In this document: piece after piece, positions 1 to 8,668 of the stretch | Position numbering within the stretch: position 1 is the first letter of the stretch | How the letters are laid out: each line of letters begins with the position of its first letter | DNA from: Octopus sinensis | Lineage: Eukaryota | Reading direction: 5' to 3' | Length of the DNA: 11,269 nucleotides | Assembly (NCBI RefSeq): GCF_006345805.1 | Contig: NW_021827046.1 | Span: forward strand, 1-11,269 | Notes under the pieces: generated by a model | Seen by the model: the letters and a program-made list of their open reading frames with translations, nothing else | Told to the model about the DNA's origin: nothing | Database searches by the model: none | Position numbers and translations under genes: made by a program

Positions 1-75
1 ATTATCGCTTTTTTTCGCGTTGCCATTGTTGCTGCTATTATTATCGTGTTGCTATTGTCCGTTATTAGTAGTAGT

Positions 76-214
76 CCGGACAAAATTCTTAGCGGCACTT
101 CTTTCTGCATTTCGTTCTTAGATCAAACCCCGCCGAGCTGGAAGTGGCGTTTCATCGGTTCGACATCGATAAAATAAGTAGGAATTGAGCACTGAGTTCG
201 ATGCAATCAACTAT
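76..214 (+). mobile_element. Degenerate fragment of tRNA-type SINE family B (same family as 1231-1419 and 6019-6252)
   Basis: By eye, CCGGACAAAATTCTTAGCGGCACTT...TTTCATC...CGATAAAATAAGTAGGAATTGAGCACTGAGTTCGATGCAATCAACT is colinear with the better-preserved copy at 6053-6190, with many substitutions. Confidence 0.6.
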
Positions 215-215
215 A

Positions 216-330
216 CTCCTCCTCCTTCTCCTCCTCCTTCCCCTCCTCCTTCCCCTTCTCCTCCTCCTCCTCCTCCTCCTCCTCCTCCTCTTCCACCCTC
301 CTCATTACCCCTCCCCACTCCTCCTCGTCC
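216..330. repeat. (CCT)n homopyrimidine trinucleotide repeat, imperfect
   Basis: Read directly. Accounts for the poly-Pro ORF (185-400) and poly-Glu ORF (207-392). Confidence 0.95.
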
Positions 331-424
331 ACTTCAGGCTCTGTACCTAAACAGGAAAGGATTATTTTTGTCGTTGTTACTATTATTTTCATGCTCTTGA
401 TTATGAAGACGACTCCGATGATAA

Positions 425-469
425 TGTTGTTGTTGTTGATGATGATGATGACGACGAAGACGATGATGG
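425..469. repeat. Compound trinucleotide repeat (TGT)n(GAT)n(GAC)n
   Basis: Read directly. Accounts for the His/Gln and Ser/Thr runs in the minus-strand ORFs. Confidence 0.85.
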
Positions 470-523
470 TAACAAGGATAAGAAACAGAAGGAACGTGGA
501 GACCGCTGATCGTGGAGACCACC

Positions 524-661
524 GGATTCTGTAGAGTGTCGGACAAAATGTCTTCTAGTACTTTTATCGACTTTTAAACCACTGAGTTCAAAACTTTCCA
601 AGGCCCGCCTTGTCTTCCATTTTCAAGAGTTTGATAAAATAGTACAAGCCAATAACTGGTG
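524..661 (+). mobile_element. Highly degenerate SINE family B fragment
   Basis: TAGAGTGTCGGACAAAATG...CTGAGTTCAAA...TTGTCTTCCAT...TTGATAAAATAGTAC...ACTGG follows the motif order of the copy at 1231-1419. Confidence 0.45.
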
Positions 662-1230
662 TATGACATTTATGAGTAACCGTAATATATTTATTATAAA
701 GTCAATATAAATACTTTTCCTTTTATACTGTTGAGAACGTTGGACTGAATGTTACAGCTTAGTGTCGAGACCGCAATGATTTCCAGTGGTGTAGCTGATG
801 ATGGTATCACTGTCTTTATTCACATACTTTTTCTGTTGTTGTTACTATTGTGATGATTACGTGGTTGCGTGTTCGTCCTCATATTTGTACGTTGTAGTTT
901 TTGATTAGTTCTTTTGTGTAGTTTAATCTTCTTCAGCGTTTCCATGTTAACCCCGAGTGAATTCGTTGTTGTGGTGGGGTTCAATCCTTAGCCTGGAATA
1001 TGTCAGTGTCTAGTTTTAATTGTTTCTATTGTAATTTATTTCATTTTACGTTTAAGAAATTATAGGGTTCATATATCTAATTGGATCTAGATAGTTTTAG
1101 GTTGTTATCAGTGTGAGTTCATCAGGAATTTATTAATCAAAGAATTTAGTAGTGTTAGGTGTTAGTAATTGCATTATGGTAGATTTGTGACATACACGAC
1201 ATATATAAATCATTATTTATAGATATAAAT

Positions 1231-1419
1231 AAGGCGTTGAGCTGGCACAATCGTTAGAACGCTGGACAGAACGCTTAGCAGCATTGTCATCTTTATGTTC
1301 TGAGTTCAGATCCTGCCAAGATCGACTTTGTCTTTCATCCTTTCGGGGTTGATAAAATAAGCACCAATCATATACTGCGGTCAATGTAATTGACTCGACC
1401 CCAGCCCACAGTAGAACGG
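1231..1419 (+). mobile_element. tRNA-type SINE family B copy with a 19-bp target-site duplication
   Basis: A-box-like CTGGCACAATCG and B-box-like GAGTTCAGATCC, with a body colinear with 6019-6190. Flanked by ATTATTTATAGATATAAAT (1212-1230) and ATTATTTATAGACATAAAT (1420-1438), 18/19 identical. Confidence 0.85.
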
Positions 1420-1744
1420 ATTATTTATAGACATAAATCTAACAAGTATATTTATAAAATTATAACTGATGGATACAAGAATGTTTTTAACAAAGTTTTC
1501 ATAAATTACATCACATCTCTACTATTTCCTGTGTTGTTTACAAACACCTCATGGACTAGGCAGCGTTAGCATTTTTGAAGCATTGATCGACACTGAAGTC
1601 TGTTAATGGTATTGTCAAATTTATGACTAAATTTATATATCTATATAAATAGAATCCCCTAAGAATGACTACAGCTCGAAAAAATTGTTCAAATGTTTAC
1701 TTTCAGCAGTATATAAATAGAAAGATAGAGAAATAGATAAATAA

Positions 1745-1748
1745 ATAT

Positions 1749-1781
<33 letters not shown>

Positions 1782-1807
1782 TGCATATATATATATATTA
1801 TAATATA

Positions 1808-1851
<44 letters not shown>
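1745..1851. repeat. Compound microsatellite (ATAC)n(AT)n
   Basis: Read directly. Confidence 0.95.
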
Positions 1852-1854
<3 letters not shown>

Positions 1855-1960
1855 TAATTAATCAAAATAGGGTGGCAGAAAAAATTTTGTAGAATTCTTT
1901 TTGCCACCAGCGGCCTAGTGGGAAAAAATTAAATAGTCATAGACCATTTTTAAGTTCAAC

Positions 1961-2451
1961 ATCAACAATCAAGGAACGGCCATGATAGGCCATTCACCCA
2001 CTAGAAATAACAGCCAAAGCTTCACCGCAAATAAAGATTAATTCCGTAAACAGGAGAAAATTTAAAAAACATTTACCCTGTAATTTCTTGTACGATGCAC
2101 CGTTTCATCTGCTGTTTAATGGTAAACTAACCTGATTAAATTAAATCAAGCCAATCTTCCATAGGCCCTCAGATTCTTCAGCAAGAAATAGCCAAGTCGG
2201 AACAGATATTTTCACACGAGGCATTTCAAACCCCCTGCCAGGTAATATCTGACCTAAAATTTTCAAATCGTCGCACTCGCGCCAAATTTATCAGCAGCAA
2301 ATAAATATAAGCCGTCGATACAAGAAATTACAGGGTAAATGTTTTTTAAATTTTCTCCTGTTTACGGAATTAATCTTTATTTGCGGTTGAAGCTTTGGCT
2401 GTTATTTCTAGTGGGTGAATGGCCTATCATGGCCGTTCCTTGATTGTTGAT
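1961..2451. repeat. Long near-perfect inverted repeat: arms 1961-2092 and 2319-2451, 226-bp spacer
   Basis: The manual reverse complement of 2319-2451 matches 1961-2092 except for one indel (TTCACCGC vs TTCAACCGC). The right arm ends in a (TA)n tract. Confidence 0.95.
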
Positions 2452-2879
2452 ATATATATATAATATATATATGCATATATATATAAACTTACTGTTAACA
2501 AAAGTCGAGATGCGTGGCGTTCGGTTTCCGTAAATGAAAAGTGCTTTAGATGGTATAAAACGTACACGTAGGATAGACACCAGAACCCTAATAATTCATC
2601 CGTTATCGACTGAAAAAAACTAATACCTAGTTTCATGCCTTTAACGACAAGACTAGGAACCTCGTATCTCGGCGGCAACCGCAAGAACTGCGGAGAATTA
2701 GGGCTCGTGCAAAGGAAAATATACAGGGTGGACGTACGAAATTAAACAACAGAAATTTGAAACGATGACAATAAATAAATATAGCCTTGGGGTCAAACAT
2801 GAGAATGATGGATTGATGCCTGGGAGAAATCTTCAAATGGATATAAGGACAGAATTGAGAAGAGAAAAAAGGTTAACCA

Positions 2880-2893
2880 TATTTATATATATA

Positions 2894-2967
<74 letters not shown>

Positions 2968-3053
2968 TATATTTATATATATATATATTATAATATGTGT
3001 GTGTGTGTGTGTGTTGTTGTGTGTGTATACATACATACATACATACATACATA
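2880..3053. repeat. Compound microsatellite (TA)n(TG)n(ATAC)6
   Basis: Read directly. Confidence 0.95.
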
Positions 3054-3364
3054 TCCATTGACCAAGTTTGCACACATGAGGCTGATAACATCATGAGACT
3101 TGGAAGGCAGCTCTTTGAGTAAATTTTTGTCTTATAACCTAGAATACATTCCCAAAGAAGTCGTAGGACTACCGAAACGCGTCATCAGATGAAAGGATAA
3201 GTCTATATGAGACTATACATGGACATGCTAGTAGAAAGCTCCCAGATAACGATAATAACATTGAGCATCAAAGCAGTTCATCATGGACCAATAGCCGGGG
3301 TACTAACTACCTCCCACTTTGAAAGGTATGCGTTTACAATTAAGGAACAAGAAATATCAACCTA
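3054..3364 (+). mobile_element. R4/Dong-like non-LTR retrotransposon relic, part upstream of the mariner insertion
   Basis: Frameshifted translation DQVCTHEADNIMRLGRQL / YRNASSDERISLYETIHGHASRKLPDNDNNIEHQSSSSWTNSR / LTTSHFERYAFTIKEQEIST. After removing the mariner it continues in frame into the zinc-knuckle region at 4657. Confidence 0.75.
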
Positions 3365-4654
3365 CGAGGGACGTTCAATAAGTAATGCCTCTGACCCATT
3401 TGCAGTTGTTTGATCTAGCATGTGCAATCATGTGCAATTATTTATATCTCTATAGAGTAAGTGACAAATTACAGCTCTGAACTAATTGTGGTTTCTGATT
3501 TACAGGTGTTTGAACTGAGTCAAGTGTGAAATGGAGCCTGTTGAGTGTCGAGCAGTGATCCGGTTTTTGTATTTGAAAGGACGCACACCACGGGAGACTT
3601 TTGATGAAATGAAAGTAACTTATGGTGATGATGCCCCATCATATGACCTTGTAAAACGCTGGGATCGTGAATTTAAACATGGTCGGAACTCTGTGGAAAC
3701 AGCTCCCAGATCTGGTCGCCCCCTTCTGCCATTGATGAGGCATCTGTCCGTCAAGTTGAGGCTGCCATTTTGGAAGATCGACGCATAATTATTCGCCAAA
3801 TAGCCCATGAGGTCAAGATTAGTACCGGGTCTGTGGAAACTATCATTTATGACCATTTGCACATGCAAAAGGTGTCTGCCAGGTGGATTCCCAGGTTGCT
3901 CACGCCTTTCCAGAAGCAAGAACGCGTCGAGTGCACGAGGATGAATTTGGAGATGTGTCAAGAAGATGAGTCAAAATTTTTCAAAAGACTGATTACACAG
4001 GATGAAACCTGGGTCCATCACAATGATCCAGAGACCAAAGCCCAGTCAATGCAGTGGAAGCACCGTGACTCACCCCCTCCAAAGAAGGCAAGGGTGCAGC
4101 TCTCCGCTGGCAAGGTCGTGCTCACAGTCTTCTGGGACCAGGACGGAGTAGTGATGACAGATTTCCTGGCAAAGGGTACCACAATTACAGGAGCCTATTA
4201 TGCTTCACTTTTGAGGAAATTAAGAGAAGTTATCAAAATCAAGAGGCGGGGCAAGATCAGCAAGGCATCCTCCTCCTGCAGGACAACGCTCCGGTCCACA
4301 ACTCGCTTGTCGCCAGATCAGAAGCACAGGCGAGCGGCTATGAACTCCTCCCCCATCCCCACTACTCTCCTGACCTTGCACCCTCTGATTTTCACCTCTT
4401 CCCAGTCATGAAGTTGTTTTTGAAAGGAAAGCGTTTCCCAGATGATGCAGCCTTGATTTCTGAAGTCATGTTCAGGTTGGAGGACCAAGCTGGGGTCTTC
4501 TACAAAAACGGTCTCCAGAGCTGCATCAAACGATGGTAGAAATGCGTAACTCTGGGTGGTTCCTATGTAGAAAAAGTCTAATAAATGTGCCAAGTTTCGT
4601 TGCTCTACTGCTATAGGAAGTGGGTCAGGGGCATTACTTATTGAACGCCCCTCG
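3365..4654 (+). mobile_element. Mariner (Tc1/mariner, DD34D) DNA transposon, full length 1290 bp, irritans-like ITRs
   Basis: TIRs at 3365-3398 (CGAGGGACGTTCAATAAGTAATGCCTCTGACCCA) and 4621-4654 match at 32/34. TA duplication at 3363-3364 and 4655-4656. Transposase pseudogene inside. The subfamily call rests on my recollection of CGAGGG-starting ITRs in Hsmar2/Bytmar1. Confidence 0.97.
3531..4581 (+). pseudogene. Disrupted mariner transposase (about 350 aa when reconstructed)
   Basis: HTH region MEPVECRAVIRFLYLKG...PRSGRP, then WIPRLLT, QDETWVHH, LQDNAPVH and HPHYSPDLAPSDFHLF, with exactly 34 residues between the second and third Asp. One-bp deletions at about 3720-3724 (C run) and about 4264, premature TAG at 4537-4539, natural TAA at 4579-4581. 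Confidence 0.95.
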
Positions 4655-4656
4655 TA

Positions 4657-5389
4657 GTACCTAATGCACAAAAGGGATAGTGATGCAGGAAATGCAGTAA
4701 AATGTGACAACCGATGCAGACTTTGTGGAGTTAACACCGAAGATGTCATCACGGTATAATCTACCGATGTGATATGATGTTGTAGCTAGGACACTCTATA
4801 ATAAAATCCGTCGGAAGGATAACCTCGAGGAGAAAGAAATAAGAACCCACAGTATGGCAGAAGCCATAACCACTCACAATAAAAAGGGAGTACTGGTGGA
4901 ATTTCCAGGTGAAGACCTCAATAAAATGTAAGGGCAATAGACCTGATATGATTTGGGATAGAGAGGAGAAACTGTGAAAAGTTGTGGGAATTAACTGCCC
5001 AGAGGATGTTAACTTAAAGCTGAAGATCAGTGAAAAAGAGAATATCTACGCTGAACTATTGAGAAATTTGTAATTACTCTATCCAGATTACAATTTCAGG
5101 TTTATATCTGTAATTATTGGGGTCCTGGGATATGTAACATACTACCTAAATACCAATCTTGAGAAATTAGGCCTCTCAAAATCATGAAGGTGAAAGCTAA
5201 TTAGAAGACTACAGTGGAACTGTAAAAACCTGTAAAACTTCACAGAAGTTTATCATTTACATATATATGAGCATGTCTATATTCATGAGAATATATGCAT
5301 AAAACAAAACTTACTCGTATACATACATACAATCATACACGTACATACATACATATATACATAAATACATACATACATACATACATACA

Positions 5390-5425
<36 letters not shown>

Positions 5426-5545
5426 TTCATACAAAAATGCCCTGCTGTTGATGTTGAAATTCCAATGAAGGAGACTTGGATATAGGTTAAAAACAGGCAC
5501 TTACTTTATTGGCAAGAAATCTTGAAATAAAGCTGATCAATGACA
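4657..5545 (+). mobile_element. R4/Dong-like non-LTR retrotransposon relic, 3' part (zinc knuckle, restriction-like endonuclease, probable 3' UTR)
   Basis: YLMHKRDSDAGNAVKCDNRCRLCGVNTEDV (CxxC at 4715-4726; H/C half lost) / YDVVARTLYNKIRRK / EYWWNFQVKTSIKCKGNRPDMIWDREEKL*KVVGINCPEDVNLKLKISEKENIYAELL (RPD at 4939-4947) ... FISVIIGVLG ... GTVKTCKTSQKF ending near 5257. Multiple stops and frameshifts. The extent beyond 5257 is uncertain. Confidence 0.85.
5318..5425. repeat. (ATAC)n microsatellite
   Basis: Read directly. Lies just downstream of the end of the LINE coding homology. Confidence 0.95.
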
Positions 5546-5793
5546 TTCATACATAATGCATACATACATATATACATTCGTGCATATATTATTATTCTTG
5601 AACAATAATATTATTGATAGTGACTTCGAAGTTACGGTCAGTCAACCCATCTTGCAACGATTGCTTAAAGTCACTACTTCAAATACTAATAAGCTTTTCT
5701 TGCTTAAAAATAATAAATATATACTCTACAAATGTGTAGAGTAACCCATCAGATTAATGTAAAATTGTTTTTATCATGTGTGCATAAAAATAA

Positions 5794-5826
5794 ACACACA
5801 CACACACACACAGACACACATACATA
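5794..5826. repeat. (CA)n microsatellite
   Basis: Read directly. Confidence 0.9.
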
Positions 5827-5907
5827 TATTTAAGATATAAAATTTATGCACAACATCTCAAAGTTTTGGCAAACATAGAAAGTTATAGAAAAGGCTTACA
5901 CATTTTT

Positions 5908-6273
5908 GGGCGTGGGCGTGTGGTAAGAAGCTTGTTTCCCAACCACATAGTTCTGGGTTCAGTCCCACTGCGGGCCGACCAAGGCCTTGTGAGTGGATTT
6001 GGTAGACGGTAACTGAAACAAGGCGGCGAGCTAGCAGAATCGTTAGCACGTCGGGCGAAATGCTTAGCGGTATTTCGCCTGCCGTTACGTTCTGAGTTCA
6101 AATTCCACCGAGGTCGACTTTGTCTTTCATCCTTTCGGGGTCGATTAAATAAGTACCAGTTACGCACTGGGGTCGATATAATCGACTTAAACTGTTTGTC
6201 TGTCTTTGTTTGTCCTCTCTGTGTTTAGCCCCTTGTGGGCAGTAAAGAAATAGGTAACTGAAAGAAGCCCGTC
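5908..6273 (+). mobile_element. tRNA-type SINE family A, 5' part, interrupted by a nested family B copy
   Basis: A-box-like GGGCGTGTGGTAAG and B-box GGGTTCAGTCCC (5955-5966). GGCCGACCAAGGCCTTGTGAGTGGATTTGGTAGACGG..ACTGAAAGAAGCCCGTC matches the reverse-strand copies at 10645-10692 and 10980-11040. Confidence 0.85.
6019..6252 (+). mobile_element. tRNA-type SINE family B, well preserved, nested in SINE A with an 11-bp TSD
   Basis: GGTAACTGAAA at 6008-6018 and 6253-6263. B-box GAGTTCAAATTCC, body shared with 1231-1419, A-rich end GTAAAGAAATA. Confidence 0.92.
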
Positions 6274-6294
6274 ATACATACATACATACATACA

Positions 6295-6379
<85 letters not shown>

Positions 6380-6400
6380 ATATATATATATATTATATAT
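6274..6400. repeat. Compound microsatellite (ATAC)n(AT)n
   Basis: Read directly. Confidence 0.95.
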
Positions 6401-6544
6401 GTACATGTTTACAGTATGTATTGACGTGTACTGGAAGTATGCAGTTCTTGTATAACACACAAATTTATGTCGGCGTCATTTAATTCTGTTAGGTTTTAAA
6501 TAGGGGTAAAACTCAAAAACATGCCTAGAAAACACTACTCTATA

Positions 6545-6722
6545 GTGTCGGTGGATATGCTAGAAATATCAGCCAAATCTGTTTTTCTAAATTACACCCT
6601 TCTACCATAAATAAGAAAAGGAGACATCAGATAATGCTGTCTCTGTTTCTCCTTAAACGGCAAATTGGTTACGAATCGAACACTTTTGACCACAAATCTA
6701 TTCGATTAGAGCTGACCTATTA
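6545..6722 (+). repeat. Degenerate unclassified interspersed repeat fragment
   Basis: CTAGAAATATCAGCCAAA (6560-6577) matches CTAGAAATAACAGCCAAA in both arms of the 1961-2451 inverted repeat. The downstream sequence resembles an octopus repeat I recall but cannot verify. Confidence 0.35.
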
Positions 6723-7311
6723 CTACGGAAATTCTTCGATAAATATCAGTGGAAACGCCTGCAAGGATCCACCAATTTCATTTTTGCTTGAATTTGCAAA
6801 AGGCTTAGATGGAGCTCGTCTCTTCTGGAATCCTTAATGTATAAGATCGCATGCTCTTTAGTGTATCAGTTGAACTTGTTATTTTACCATAAAATCTAAA
6901 TATATTTGGATAGTGAAAGTGTACGGCGTCATTTTGAATTCTGAATGTGTACATATATTCCGAGAATGTATCATATAAGAGGATTTTCAGTAAGCCATTT
7001 ATTACTTTTTGTCTTAGCATCATCTGCAAAGGGAAGCGTAGCTCAGTAAACAAATGCTTTAGAAAGATATAAATCGTTGAGAAGTTAAGCAATCGGGTTA
7101 TTTTAATTGCATAGAGAAGAATTTCGGTTGTTCGCCCTGTGACTGTTTAATCAGGTTATAGAACAATGATAGTTTATGATACAACAATGCGCTGCACCAA
7201 TCTCTTTTTCATTATAAGTACCTATGTTATCTATAGAAAATGCTTCTTTATAAGCTTCAGGAGAGTCCTGGCAATATTAAAACGAACACTAAATTATAGA
7301 AAAATAATAAA

Positions 7312-7534
7312 ATAAATGCGCCTTTTAAAACCTAGCCAGGCTCATGGACCCGGTTTTCCGGTTTCTATGGCGCCAGTCCATCGCAGCGTTATTCATTTTT
7401 GCCAGCTGAGTGGACTGGAGCAACATGAAATGAAGTGTTTTGCTCAAGAACACAACTCGTCGCTTGGTCCAGGAATCGAAACCACAATCTTACGATCATG
7501 ATGCTGACATCCTAACCGCTAAGCCTCGCGCCTC
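7312..7534 (-). mobile_element. tRNA-derived SINE family C
   Basis: The minus strand begins GAGGCGCGAGGCTTAGCGGTTAGG (A box) and GGTTTCGATTCC (B box, 7472-7483), followed by a SINE central-domain-like body (GTGTTCTTGAGCAAAACACTT...CTGCGATGGACTGGCG) and a T/A-rich tail. Confidence 0.85.
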
Positions 7535-7950
7535 ACTGTACCATATAAGCTTTTTCTGTTTTTGCGTTTTATGAATACGTGTGTGGTTCTCTTTCTATGT
7601 ATTACATCTTAGGAGCTACTGTCTTTTAACGCATGATTATAATAATTAGCAGCACAGTAATAAAAAAATTCTGAAGCCATGAAAACATGTTTTAGAACAT
7701 GGTGTTAAATCTCTGACCATGTTCCTCGTATTCTAACAGCCGTTTCGGCAACATAAATAATCTCGATCTACTGATAATCATTTACATTTCGATATATTTA
7801 CAAATATTTTTGATTTATATATTGTCGCGCTTATTTCTTAATTTTGGTCGCTTAATCAATTGTGAAGCAAAAACTCAGATTTGCGATTCAAGAACATTAA
7901 GCCTCTAATAAAAATATATGACAGACACCTGGATAGGAAGCGATATATAT

Positions 7951-8003
7951 GGAGGTGCCCCAGCATAGCCGCAGTCTAATGACTGAAGCAAGTAAAAAAT
8001 ATA
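7951..8003 (+). mobile_element. 3' terminal fragment of SINE family A
   Basis: GGTGCCCCAGCATAGCCGCAGTCTAATGACTGAAGCAAGTAAAA is the reverse complement of TTTTACTTGTTTCAGTCATTTGACTGCGGCCATGCTGG at 10731-10768, with a few changes. Confidence 0.8.
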
Positions 8004-8180
8004 ATGTATGTGTGTGCATGTGTGCGTGCGTGTGCGCGCGTACGCACGCGTGTATATGTATATATATAAGTATGTATGTATGCCTGTGTACATATACATA
8101 TAGATACATACTCACACACACACAGTTCATATATACATAAACACATACACACATATATATGCATATATGTATATATATGA
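8004..8180. repeat. Alternating purine-pyrimidine low-complexity tract (TG/CG/TA/CA)
   Basis: Read directly. Includes GTGCGTGCGTGTGCGCGCGTACGCACGCGTG. Confidence 0.85.
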
Positions 8181-8428
8181 ACGTAGATGGACAGCTGTGT
8201 GTCCAACATATGATCAGAACGAGTGGCGGGCAGGTAGTTAGACATCAAACAGATACAAGAGTGTCATGTGATACCTACTTACCTCTTCTCTCACCTTGCC
8301 GATTCAAGTCGCATTAACATCATCTGCAGGTAACCCTGTTGTGTAAATATACAATGTTCAGGTTTTGTCATCTAGTTTTCCTACTTACTCTTCATTAACT
8401 CACTTTTCTTGTTTCGTTTTAATTACAC

Positions 8429-8512
<84 letters not shown>

Positions 8513-8613
8513 GTCTGTCTGTCTATCTACCTGTCTGTCTTTCTGTCTGTCTGTCTGTCCGTCTGTCCGTCTGTCTGCTTATCTATCTATCTATCTATCT
8601 ATCTATTTATCTA
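8429..8613. repeat. Compound tetranucleotide microsatellite (ATCT)n(GTCT)n(ATCT)n
   Basis: Read directly. Accounts for the LSIY/SVCL ORFs. Confidence 0.95.
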
Positions 8614-8668
8614 TGCGTATCCACACACAATTTATGTCTGGCCGTTTGCCTGTCTATGTACGTATCTA

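Noticed and set aside
185-601. Poly-Pro, poly-Glu, poly-His/Gln and poly-Ser ORFs
   Set aside because: They are translations of trinucleotide repeats and SINE remnants, with no domain content and mostly non-ATG starts.
740-1200. Strand-skewed segment that could be an old retroelement on the minus strand
   Set aside because: All frames have many stops and I found no recognisable motif. It needs a library search.
2091-2110. GAAACGGTGCATCGTA on the minus strand, resembling hammerhead stem III
   Set aside because: No core heptamer upstream or downstream in any topology.
2722-2750. TACAGGGTGG, resembling a Tc1-type TIR start
   Set aside because: No partner inverted copy and no transposase nearby.
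3174-3189. Hammerhead-like GAAACGCGTC on + and CTGATGA on the opposite strand
   Set aside because: There is no CUGANGA/UUGANAA core or matching stem I on the same strand. The bases read as LINE codons (YRNASSDE).
3715-4270. Programmed -1 frameshifting to express the transposase
   Set aside because: No canonical slippery heptamer at either site. Mariners are normally single-ORF, so simple 1-bp deletions explain the shifts.
3620-4752. Antisense ORFs 3620-3961 and 4318-4752
   Set aside because: Shadow frames of the transposase; no independent evidence.
5908-7534. tRNA genes at the A/B-box-containing heads
   Set aside because: No complete cloverleaf, acceptor stem or poly-T terminator. They continue into SINE bodies.
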